This document shows, piece after piece, positions 14,909 through 26,600 of a DNA stretch of 64,000 bases. The notes under the pieces are model-generated. The model worked only from the letters and a program-made list of their open reading frames with translations, was not told the origin of the DNA and made no database searches. How positions within the stretch are numbered: the first letter of the stretch is position 1; every line of letters starts with the position of its first letter. Origin of the DNA: Psilocybe cubensis (Eukaryota); NCBI GenBank assembly GCA_017499595.2, contig CM039000.1, positions 4,030,001 through 4,094,000 of the forward strand, written 5' to 3'. The position numbers and the translations under genes were made by a program.

Positions 14909-15274
14909 ATGTCTCTTGCAACTTCATCCAACTCGAGCTCACATGCATTCAACTGTGACGATTATTTTGATTACGACGCCTACTATACGGCTCCACGTAC
15001 ACAAAGTGAATTGCAAAAATCTATTCTGCCGTTGGTCAATGACACAGAGTCTGCAATTCGCATGGCTCTGGGGGTTCCAGATAATGTCCCATTAGTGCAC
15101 GCTTGGCCAATGGGACATACTCCCTTTGGTTCAAGAGGACTTTCCAAATGGAAGGCCGTCGCGCTCGTCATTGTGTGCAGTCATGGACATAAAGCCACTG
15201 TGGCGCAAATAATCTCGTACATCGAGTGCTTGTATCCACGTTTACGGCCAGTAAAGCTGCAGGAAGGATGGAAG
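14909..15274 (+). CDS. Forkhead gene exon 1, separated from exon 2 by a transposon insertion
   Basis: MSLATSS...KATVAQIISYIECLYPRLRPVKLQEGWK, homologous to the 10324..10719 exon and nearly identical to 55968-56150. Ends directly at the transposon terminus. Confidence 0.85.
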
Positions 15275-15490
15275 GCATCAGTAAAAGTACACCCTCTAGC
15301 GCTTGCGGGACAATCACTTGTGCTAGGACTTTCTCCCGCTTTTTCAACTTCTGCTTTCACTTTTGCGTCTTTTGCCTTTGTTTTTGGAAGCTTACTGCTT
15401 CTGTTGCATCTTTTTATACACTTTCACAAGTTCATTCACTTTAGTTAATTTCTCGTTGATAAAGCATCAAAAAAGGTCTTTTGGGGGTAT

Positions 15491-16155
15491 CTAAAAAGCT
15501 ATCTCATGTGCATGATGATCTACATACTTGTTAACATAGAAAGAACGAAATGAATCAAGAGATTTTGAAAAATCAAACTTGGTGTCGAGAGGAATAAAAT
15601 CCTTCCCAGCATCCCCAATCAAGTGTGCACCTCGATAAATAGAATCAAGATGAACCACGCTCATCCGCCGTCGTTGGCCATATCGCTGGTCGCGTCTCTC
15701 TAGGTCCGGTTTGACTTTCCACATTCTAGTAGTTGGACATGGCTTGTCTCCAATGTGTGAAAACCATTGGACCAACGCACACGGATACAAAGTACCTGCA
15801 TGTTTAAAAGAGAAGAAAAGAAATACACGTGCCACATGTAAACCAGCGAATCCATCCTTGTCAGAGTCCGAATTACCAATGAACACGCAGTCACGCCGTG
15901 CAGGACCTTTGTGCCACGACGGGGTTGAGCGAATCATTTCATAATAAAGACCATTGGATCCAGAAAGATCACTGGGTGCGAAGTAGATGGCGCGAGCAGA
16001 AGTAAATAGTCGAAAAGTGCAACCGGCGAGACTGGGAAGGGAATCATTGGTTTGGATATGTAACCGAAGGTCGGCATTGGCAGCAACAAGTTGGTCGTAA
16101 AGGAAGCGTTGAGTGAGCTCCGCCAGGCGTGGTTGTCTGACATGGAATGCGAATG
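15491..16155 (-). CDS. C-terminal part of the outer Plavaka transposase
   Basis: FAFHVRQPRL...SARAIYFAPSDLSGSNGLYYEMIRSTPSW...RRDCVF...YPCALVQWF...FYVNKYVDHHAHEIAF is the typical Plavaka C-terminal region. It joins in frame to ...VRGVPLAIEA at ~34693-34722. Confidence 0.88.
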
Positions 16156-16374
16156 CATCAGCAATACCGGGGCCAAGTAGGTAATGATCCGTAGTGATAC
16201 GTAATTCTGTAGTGCCCATAGTAACGGTCCCATTTGGGTAACACACACTGATGTACCTGTAGCTTGGTACCAACGTGACATGGTACTCTGTAGTGATCTG
16301 TATTGTAACGCGAGTGCTGTGTAGCGGCGTGTAGCATGCTTACCATGGTCCATACCCCTCTGTATACAACTGAC

Positions 16375-16455
16375 ATACAAATTGTAGCATACTACCACAG
16401 ATTTGTAGCATGCTACCACAGATTTGTAGCATGCTACCACAGATTTGTAGCACAT
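16375..16455. repeat. Subterminal 21-bp tandem repeat (AGATTTGTAGCATGCTACCAC, ~3.5 copies)
   Basis: Visible directly. Its core TGTAGCAT recurs inverted (ATGCTACA) near the right end at ~34562 and ~34630. Confidence 0.85.
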
Positions 16456-16679
16456 CATAACACACTGCAAATAGGTACAAAGGCATATATAGTATCCACT
16501 TTCATTTGTATAGTGTTGTGTGGCTATTCCTGCAAGTGCCAATATCACACTGAAAACCGAACCATTTTTGACTAAAATGGGCAATTTTAAAAATAGATAA
16601 TCTATGTTTGGATCGGACCAAACATGTTTCTATTAGTAGATGCATAACTATTAATACGTGACGATCTAAATATGGTATC

Positions 16680-17129
16680 TGTCAGGGCAACACTATAATC
16701 AGTGTGACAAGGCCACCAACAAAGATTAAGCAAGAGAGAGAGAGAGAGAGCAGAGGGAGAGTAAGAGAGCAAAGAGAGAATAAGAGAGTGAGAGAGATTC
16801 AATGGTTCTAAGAGATCACACCAATGATAGTGGATATCCTAAGAGATTGAAGCTGAAGCTACAGCTACCTACAAGTCCAGTATTTATACTTTACAGCTAT
16901 TCTAGAATATTCCCTACATTACATCATAAAGGAAGGTTAAAGAATAAAAGTGACATCATATAGAAAAAGGATGAGTAAGACTAGGAATCATATAGAATTT
17001 ACTAGAAAGAAGTGGAGCAAGAAGGCTGTGATGAAAGAAATAAACTATCTAATCAGATAATTGATAAGATAATGAAAGGATAAGATAATTCTGTGAAGAT
17101 AAAGAGGGGAAACTGGAGAAACCCTGACA
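16680..17129. mobile_element. Solo LTR (450 bp) of an LTR retrotransposon
   Basis: Begins TGTCAGGG and ends CCCTGACA, flanked by the 5-bp duplication GTATC (16675-16679 and 17130-17134). AT/purine-rich interior with a GA microsatellite and no coding region. Confidence 0.88.
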
Positions 17130-17175
17130 GTATCTTCTAATCCACACCCGGCAGCTGCCCCGCTCATTCACCCAA

Positions 17176-19917
17176 CTACCCTTCTGGACCGTAATCTAGT
17201 TCCTCCTGTGGGATAGAATGGAGAGTCATCCTATAAGGGTTGGGGGGGTTCTTCGTAGGCCTCATAATAGCACTGATTATGGAGATCTAAATGATGCAAA
17301 GAAAGAAATGAATAAAAAAAGATACACACCATCCTTCCTCAGCCACTTCCCTACATAAGCAAGCCAAGCGAGGACCTTGGTTCAAGGTATCCTTCTCTGC
17401 CTCTGCTGCAACCAACATGCAGGCATCATACCTCAGGGAGTACTCCTCTCCCTTGAATTCAATACCCGAACACGGACCACCTCTTGCAGGGTCAATCCCA
17501 TCCCTCCACTCCTCAAGACAGTTGTGGATCTACAGCAAAATGCTTGTTAGCAAGGCAGTGCCAATAGCAGGAGAGAAATCAGAACTACACAACTGGCCAC
17601 AAGCGCAAATGCTTTGTGGGGAAGCGATGTCTTGAAGAAATCCGTCTTTGTCTCCAGACCTTTGATGGGGACTGCAACCCCTTTTGTAGGATGGTAGAAG
17701 AAGTCCAGACAGATCTTCTTCACAAAAGGATGTCCAAATGGGACATCGTGATACTGGAAACAAATCAATGAGTGGTAAGCCAGGTAAAATGGACGGCGAA
17801 CTCACTCGGGTTTTGGCAACACTCCGGTGGTATTTACCATTGAGTAGCCAATATGCTACCCTGTCCTTGATGTATTCGATCTCCCCCATCTGATTTTCAA
17901 ACATATTGGGGTTCGCGGCGATGACCTCCGACGGGACTTCGAGGCCATACGCATTTTTGACCAGGGGTCTGATCATCGTCTTCAGTCTTCCCCGGAAGGT
18001 TGACGCGTAGACAAATGCCTAATGAGAACAGACACGTTAGTACGATATCCTTAAAAGAACACGCTAAAAATATACCGTTACGGCGGTATTCCTGTCTAGG
18101 AGCGTTTTTTTCTCTGCAAAGTTATGTAAACCAATTAACTAAAATCACAGAAGACAGAACTTACTATCAGGCAACACTTTATCCGTGTTCATTCTTTCAA
18201 ACACGGTTACTGCCATCTTCACACATCCATCGGCGACTAATAAGTGATTTTCCCGAGTGGGAAAGGGGACCTCCTCTACTACATACAGGCACATCAGTTT
18301 GCGTGCAATTTTGAGCACATCTTTCCAGTAACCAGTAAAGGATGCAACTGAATGCTTGGATACTTCCCTAGCAGAAGAAGTACTGGACTTCTTATGAGCG
18401 ATGTATGCCTCACCAAGCACCTCATCATCGTCAGATGCTTCGTTGTTCTCCCTTGTCAAACCTTGGGATACAGCTCCTTGCGAAACAGCCACCTTGCGCA
18501 ATGCCTCAGGGCGAGGTGGCTTGTTCGCCCGATTACGACGACGGTGTTCTTGAAGAACATCCTCTACTTCCACAACCTATATCAATAATACATTAGCTAG
18601 ACATTAAATACAGCAGAGAAATGATTACATGGGGGGAAGGCTGGCGGAGCAATGCCCTTGCTCTCCTCTCCTCTTCATCATCGGAAACTTCATCAACCAC
18701 TGTCAAACATAGGTGGTAAGCAAACACGACATAAAGGTGGAGTTAAACCAACGCTGGGCAGCAGGCTCTTCATCATCTTGACCCGCGTTGTCGTAACCTT
18801 CATCACCGTCGACATATTGGAGAGCTTCTTCATCCCCAATATTCTCTTCATCAATTCCTTGCATGCATTCGTCCCCTGATGCTTCCTCAGATCGCCTTTC
18901 ACCGTCACTATCCCCCTCTTCCTCCTCCTCATCTTCCTCCTGCTCTATGCCTTCGTAATCTTGTTGCTCCTCCTCGTCTTGATGGCTGATGCTAGCCTCT
19001 TGGTGGGCGTTATAGGCTGCTGGATGCACTGGCTGTTGTACGGGGGCATGTTGTGTTACAGGATGCACTGGTTGTTGTACGGGGGCATTGTAGTATTGGA
19101 CAGAATTCTCTGCCGCAGGGGCAGCGTAACGCTGAACAGGATTTGCTGCGTGTTGTACAGGGCGCGGGACAGGATGTGCTGCATGTTGTACGGGGCGCGG
19201 GACAGGATGTGCTGGCTGTTGTACCGGAGCAGCGGGGCGCTGGATGGGGGCAGTGGGTCTTTGGACAGCATGATCAAGCTCTGAGTGCTCCTGATTTCTC
19301 TGAGCTGCACGTTGGATCTGGACAGGAGGGGGGGCACCCTGAGATTGTCGTGGGCTTGGTTGGACTTGTTGGACATCCCAAGGAGCAACTGAAGGCGTTG
19401 GCCTTGGTTGCATTTGAATAGGGGGACCTACATGCGACACAACGGTAACCTAGACGTGCTTGGAAGATAGCAAATTTAAGATTAGAACAGTAGACTCACC
19501 CCATTGCGAGGTTTCTTCAAGGGAGGCGCCATCTCATTTTCAGGCATGGCGCTAGTATCCACATTGGCGGCCCTTGACTTCCTCTTCCCAGCCTTCTCGA
19601 AGTCAATAAAAATGATGTTAGATGTTTTCTCCTACCGAGCATTTACTCCACCAAGACCACGGGTGCTTCGGATAGGACGGCCATTGTGGTCTTTTTAATA
19701 AGGAGTTCAGTGAATCTCAACAAAGAAAATGCTAGTACAGACCTGCTTCAGGAGCCTGAGGTGGCTCGTTTTCTGCCACGGAGCTCGGACCCTGTTCAAC
19801 CTCTTGTCCTAGATGGATAAAACATTAAGTATGCGGATGTAATGAGGATATATAGATGATACCTTCAACCGTGGCATTGACAACCGCCTTTTTCTTTTTG
19901 GATCCTTTAGGTGGCAT
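17176..19917 (-). CDS. DUF6532-like accessory protein of the inner element (multi-exon, possibly frameshifted near the 3' end)
   Basis: Starts MPPKGSKKKK, then a Q/P-repeat and acidic region, then STFRGRLK...VKNAYGL...PFGHPFVKKICLDFF...ALVASC|IHNCLEEWRDG...FKGEEY. The C-terminal pattern resembles DUF6532. Confidence 0.65.
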
Positions 19918-20711
19918 ATTGGGCTGGTTTGACGGTTGTAATGCAGAAATAGAGACAAGGGGTGGTGAATTATGTCAAGCTACGATCCGGAGGTATGCGA
20001 AATTAGCCTCTTTTCAAAATTTAAGGCGACGGACATCAGTCAAAAATATATCGTGCCATATAGAAATTACAGGTACTGAAACAGTACCCCTATCTACTAC
20101 AATATATCACATATACATTATAGTCAGATTCCATGTCCTACTTAGAGTTAAGTAAAGTTACATCTCAGAGGGGAAAAGACTGCACCTATCATGATCGCGG
20201 ATTATCCTGAGAGTGCATTAGAATAGGTATTCCCCGACTAATGAGGGATACCCGTAGACGGGCGATTTCGAGCTGGGTTTCAAACAGAAGATCTTCATTG
20301 GATTTATATGCTCGCATAATGTTGTCCATATAACAACGTAGCTCTGCCTGAACTTCTAGACACCTCTGTTCAGTGAGTTGAAATTGGTCAAGAGCCTTTT
20401 TAACGGCCTCTATGCCTTGATTCTAGAGGAAGGTGGATTAAAACATGAAAATAGACCTAAAACGAAGAACTCTGCCTCTTCGGGTATGCTAGGGAGGCGG
20501 CGACTTTGAGGTTGCGAAGCGTTGTTGCTATTGGAATGGTTCATGATAAAGATAGGCAACAATTTGGTGTGGTGGTGGTGGCTTAAGTTCAAGACAATCA
20601 ACACATTACGAACCATTAGCACTGTTGATTGCCGAAATACACTTAAATAGAATGACATAAAACCCGTATATGTCTACAAGTCCGTGTTCGAGATACAAGT
20701 AATGCTGCACC

Positions 20712-23071
20712 CTACATATTTACAACTTTGACACCACGGGACGGGGGGAAGATTTGAATCAAAGATGTTGTCGGAAAAGTTGGGAATGTATCACCGCGTT
20801 TCATACGAGTAACAGGATATTTATGTACAACGCAAATATCCTTGTCTATTGATCGTATCCTGAATATAATCCCCATTGAATCGCCCTCAAGCGGTGTAAC
20901 AAAGTCGTCCTTTTTTACAGGATGAATTGGAAACAACACTGATTTCGGTAATGTCAGTGTACGTCCCAGTAATGCTAGGTGGGCAGTATCGTCGGTAAGG
21001 CTGAGAAGTTCCATCGCCACTTGATGGTCGCCCTTGGATTTGTCTACGACTTTTAATCGTAATCCTTTCAGCTTATCGTATTTCGTATCTAGCCAGTGAG
21101 CGACGGTTGAGGGTAGTTCTGCAATTTCCACCGCCGAGTGTACAGGTATTGCTGAATACGGATTCCATGCAGGAGACAGAAAACTTGCTACTGTGGACGG
21201 CATTGGAGTTGCTCCACCAGAAGGCCCGGGGTCTTGAGCGGAATTTATATGTTCTCGGTTGCTTGAAACAATGTCAGTAAGCACCTGACAGTCAACGAAT
21301 CAAGTGAAACCACATACTGTATAATTAAATGTGATATTTTAATACGTTCCACCCTCTGGTTACGAGCTTCCAGCTCAACGTCTGCAAAGCCGTCGGGGGT
21401 AGTGCTTTTAACGATGCCATAGTACCCCTTGAATGTATTATTCCCGACAACGATGACACTCAAACCTATATAGACGTCGTTGTGGTCTCTTTCTCCAAGC
21501 TTTGACGAATGACGCTTTCGCGGGCGAAGAGTAGCATGGGCAGGGGGGACGTAGAATATGACTGTGTGGATGGGCACAATGACCTGAAAAATGTGTTGAA
21601 CACTACTGAGACAAAGAGAATGACAGTTCACCTACTTCGCGTTCGTGCTCTGGGGCGATAATACAAACAGATCTTCCATCAAAGTCTGACACCCATCCAT
21701 GGAGATCTTTGTGATCCCCTTCAACGACTTCAACACTATCGCCTATCTGGAAAGCTGCACGTAGATCGTGTAGTGCAACTGCTTGTGTTATACCTTGGGA
21801 GGGGATGTGCACTTCCACCTCAGCGTCAGAAACACTCTTGACCGTTCCAAAAAGACCTAAGTATTCTCCACCAATAATTTTGACTCAATCATATTGTTTC
21901 AGTCGAGTCATGGAGATGGCTTTCGAGGCTTGCGCTAAGGTCTCCGTCGTTACAAATGGACACTCGCGAAATTGCTCCAACTCGGACGATGTTGGGAGGA
22001 CATTGGAAAGATATTTGAGATCGATGGCGTCGAAATCCGTGATAATAAATCCATCCTGGAATATCCTGTCGAGGTGCGATTTCTTGATGTTGTCCGGAGG
22101 TCTGGGGATAAGAACAACACTTTTCCGACCCTGGAATGTGAACACAAGGCCGGTAGCATTTGCGTAGGTCGTCCAAGCCTTACGCTTTCCAGCAACCTTG
22201 ACCCACAATTGGTCTTCAGGGCGTGAGGGTGGGGGATGAGATAGGATCTCCATACATCTCTCCGAGGATAGCCTAACTAAATGTGTCGGATTAAGCTCTC
22301 TAACGAGGCAGGCTAACGTATGCGCATGTTGCATTGATGGCGCCTCGACGTAGATTCTCCCAGGAATTGAGGATTGAGCGAAGACAGACCGGGCAAGGAT
22401 GATGGGAAATGTAGGGTTCGTTGACATCTGCATAATTTTGAAAGCGACGGCCTCTTCGCGTCCAACCTATCACTCATAAGGTGATCAATAAATGCTGACT
22501 GAAGACTTATATTATTTTTGCGTACCTTGCAACCTATTTCATACATGATATCAGTCGCGGAAGGCATATAATTATTATCACCAAGTCCTCCTGGTTGGGG
22601 ATTGCCATATTTCTGTATAAGTTCTCGTGAACTAGATGGCTCTATATCATTGTCAGGACAAATTTTCATGCGTGAAGGCAGAAGCATGGGCAACAAATCG
22701 CTCCATTCATCAGCGTTATCTGTATTTTGCATGGCATGATATAGCCGAGAGTGTGCAACACGTTCCTCATCCTCAGAGTATTCATCGTTATCATTCACTG
22801 TATGTCAGAACCCATTAGCATCAGTACATATTGAGCAGAATATATGTAAATTATTGGAACATACGTAGTTGGCCCCCTTCATAATCAAGCTCTTCCGAAC
22901 TTTCATCATCATCGGAAACCGCTGCTTCAATGTCTATGAAGGGATTAATGTCCTGATTTTTTGAGATCATAATTAAATTTCCCTGAAGTCAGTGATTAGA
23001 TGGAGGGTTGGATTAGTACACACTGTGTGGTTGCCTAGGCTGTCAAGTCGTCTGCGTTTATAACTAGACAT
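20712..23071 (-). pseudogene. Spt5-like (NGN + multiple KOW) transcription-elongation-factor homologue with a premature stop
   Basis: NPFIDIEAAVSDDDE; NGN-like EIGCK|VGREE...SVFAQSSIPGRIYVEAP; KOW-like VKIIGGEYLGLFGTV, FQIGDSVEVVEGDHKDLHGWV and IGLSVIVVGNNTFKGYYGIVK...VELEA; a GGATP..PAW remnant. In-frame TGA at 21885-21887. Confidence 0.8.
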
Positions 23072-23643
23072 TGTGGGTCTTAAAGACTGTTAATCGATGT
23101 TCATCTCACTTAATTTATCATCTTAACTTGTGATAATTTATTTTTAGATCTGATGTAAGGGGGCGTTTTTTTAACCAACTCGTGACTTCAGGACGGGAAA
23201 CCTACCCTAAAGAATCGCTCCGGAAATAGCGTGTTTCCAACTTGATTGTTTTTCTTTCCGTTCATCATAGCGTAGTACCCCTCCCCATAGATTTAACATA
23301 CATTCTAATAAAATAGACATAGACAATACTCTAGACACTCTATAATAGTTTTCGTTCAGTTAAAATTCATCTAGTTGAAAATTTGAGACACCAGAAAAAA
23401 ACACACAAAAAAAAGTAAGTACCCAAAGAAATAGAATGCAGGGTGAGACGTTGAAGTTTTGTAGTGCAAGCCCAGAAGATTTCCCCCGTTGCCCGACTCC
23501 AAGCTGAAGAAATTCTGGCGTTTCCCTTCGAAACGCAGGTCGTTCGTCAGACTCTGGAAAACATGTTGCCAGAGTTGCACCCACTCCGCGTAGGTCTTAA
23601 TTGGATTGCCATTTATGGTACTAATATCAAGTTTCTGTAGAGG

Positions 23644-26600
23644 ATGGTGGATTTCCTCCGACGATATGAGGACTTCACCTTTTTGAATTACGATGTTTCA
23701 TCATCGAGCATGCGAGCGGCCATCAAGTATAGGCAAAGCTTGGCTGCCCTTCAGAACAGCATCGTAGAGACACCCTGCGTAACCTCGGCTACATGGGAGC
23801 AGGCGGGTAGCTTATTTGCAGCATACCGTCTACTCGATCTCGTAGCGTTGTGGCCAGCAGCCTTTGGACCATCATTGCCGGTGACCGTGCCCCTGAATGA
23901 AATACAGGCCAGCACAGGAACTAAGGAAATATTTTCACGGTTCAAGGTATGCGATCATGAAGTCACTCAATGTTAATTCTTAATTTTCAAACAATTATTG
24001 TAGCTTGTAGATGACTTGAAGGACTGGCCGGCAATGCTCTGCTCTGCCAGGAAGCGCATCCTCAGAGCCGACTCTAAGTCGCACAGAAACATCAACACCC
24101 CTTCTATCAGTGACACGCCGTCATCCGCTTTCACCCAGGGCGGGCCCTCGGAATCAACGCTATTACTCTGTCTGGCGCGTAACCACTTCAAGGGTGTTGT
24201 GGGGAAAATAATCGGGAATGTGTACTGCGCCTCGCTACACTACCAAATCTTGTCAGGAATGCGCGGTATGAAGGACGATGAACACATTCTACCAGACATT
24301 CCAACGGACATGGCTACTCTTGCAAATCTCTAGTAAGTTTTCTTTCCTCTATTCATTGATACAATCTGCTCAACATACCCTAGTGCAAGCGGCCATCCTG
24401 ATGCTGCGTTGTTCCTCTCAGAGGTCACGCCATCTCATTTAAAAATTCCTCTGCATGTCGCCCTTTTCATATCCCCATCCTTCTTTTTGTGAATAAATCT
24501 TGGTATTCTAAGAAATGTGACCGGGAGCAGCTGCTTAAATTAGGTGTATCCACATCCTCCCAGTTTAACTTGGATTAACGCACTCCTTTAGGCCTCAAAA
24601 GCGCTCGGTAATTGTCGCCCCCGTGTTCTGCGTGAAGTGGAGATGGAAATTTGGAAAATCATTGCAGCGCAAAATTGCGACATCCAGTCAGCCTTATATA
24701 AACTTGTTATCTCAGACTGCTGGATGGAATGCGAGCGGGTAATTGCACAAGATCCCGCGTTTCACTTTTTCATATGTGTGTTCTACGTACTGTAACAAAA
24801 TAACAATTTAAACTAATAATTGGCCAGCGTCAACGAGCAGCGCCGAGGTTACAGCAAATTCTAACCTAGCAAGGCGCAGCACTGAACCACACGGTAAGTT
24901 ATAAGCAAAGTCTGCGTCAATTACATGATTTAAATCCGTTTAAAACAGCTCAACTTCAGACCGTTTCCCATCATGGTGAAAAAACCACCTGTGAAGGGTC
25001 CGACGCAGACGCGGAGGGTGACGATGATCACGAAGTGGACACGACGGAAATGGTCAGCATGGGTCAACGGGAGAACGGGGACAATACGGTCCCTACCTCA
25101 AATATACAGCCTCCGGAAGACACGTCTTCAGTGGCTGGCAAGGATGTCAGCATGGGTCAACAGGAGAACGGGGACAATACGGTCCCTACCTCAGATATAC
25201 AGCCTCCGGAAGACACATCTTCGGTGGCTGGCAAGGATGTGCCCACGGACGAGCAACCTGGTTTGCCGCGGAGTGATGATATTGGATCTGGTCTACTTCA
25301 GACTGAGAATACTGGGCCCTCAACTGCAGGGGATTGTGAGATGAACGTCGATCCGGAGCAAGCTGATGTCGACCATCAAATGGAGGATGGTCCACATACC
25401 AATGGTCCAGAAAATTTGGGAGACGGCGGGGCTGGACAAGGAGCTGAAGGGTCTTCTGACGAGGCAAATCGTATGTCGGAAGTTCACGAGGGCGAAAAGC
25501 AGGGGCAAGACGGAGAACGACCCGACGAGGAGAACCGAATGTCAGAAGATGGTGAGGAGGAAAGGCCAGACGACAGTTCGTCGGACAATGAGACCGAGAA
25601 GCAGGGGCAAGGGGATGTTCCACCAGTCCAGGAGGACAGAATGTCGGTCGATGGAGAGGGGGTAGGCCCAGAGCAAAACAATGATTCCTCAGACATGGAG
25701 AGGAATACATTGGAAGACAGCCAAGGCGAAAAGGAGGGGGAGAACGCACCTCCTGCTCCTCTTATTTTGAGGATTCCTCCTGTTTCCCAGATAAACAGGA
25801 GCAAAAACACCACGGCTGACTCCTCTCAGAAAGGGAAAGGGAAGGGCCGGCAGGGCCTTTCCAAGCGGCCTCCCAAACGCAAGCCGACGCAGGCTACCGA
25901 CACATTTGATTCGGACGACGACCTGTGTATTGATGTCGATCTGTACGACAGCAACACCACCCTTGATGTCGTCAGCACTCCGGAGAAGGTGTATGGCACC
26001 AAAGTTTGGTCCACCTACAACGGTCGTGGCCAACTTAAAAGTTTCTGCGTTGTTGCCCATGTAAGTCATTCTCGATATTGATTTTTTCGTCATTTATTTA
26101 TTCTCCAAACAAGAGTCAAGCCGACGTGGATCGTGTTGAAAGGGTTCTGGAATTGGTCAAGAGTGACTACGTCGATGGAGTTCCATTGCACATAGCACAT
26201 CCCGAAGAATCATGTTTTGCGGTATTCGACCGCAGCACCACGAAATCCATGTATCTGATGGAGTCTTTCTCTGAAAGGAACGTCGTCCTTATGTCTCCTT
26301 CTCAAGAGGAGTCTATTTCAACTTGCTCCGACGAGTTCTACAGCCAGGTACGTCGCCATATGGGTGATATGACGAGCACCAGGTCAATCCAAGGTGTGTT
26401 TCCTCTTCGATGTTTTGATTTTTCTTTCTGCGTCTCATGCTAATGGCCGTAACAGATATGTCGACCATGTCGTCTAACCCCATCGAGAGGATTAAGCGTG
26501 GGTCCCTCTCTCAGGTCATGGAAGCAGCGAGGATGAAAGGCAAAAGAGGAAAGATCCTCAATGCCCTCGACATCCCTTTACCTCATGCAGGCGCTCACTC

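Noticed and set aside
15275-15448. Hydrophobic C-terminus of ORF 14765..15448 as a true membrane anchor
   Set aside because: It is read-through into the T-rich left end of the transposon. The real exon 2 is at 41261.
16156-16273. N-terminus of ORF 15491..16273 as the start of a standalone gene
   Set aside because: These codons come from the inner element's terminus. The true upstream sequence is at 34693 onward.
16375-16455. Short regular repeats resembling a CRISPR array, and the ORFs over them (CYKSVVA repeats)
   Set aside because: There are no unique spacers, the context is eukaryotic, and the repeat is better explained as a transposon subterminal array.
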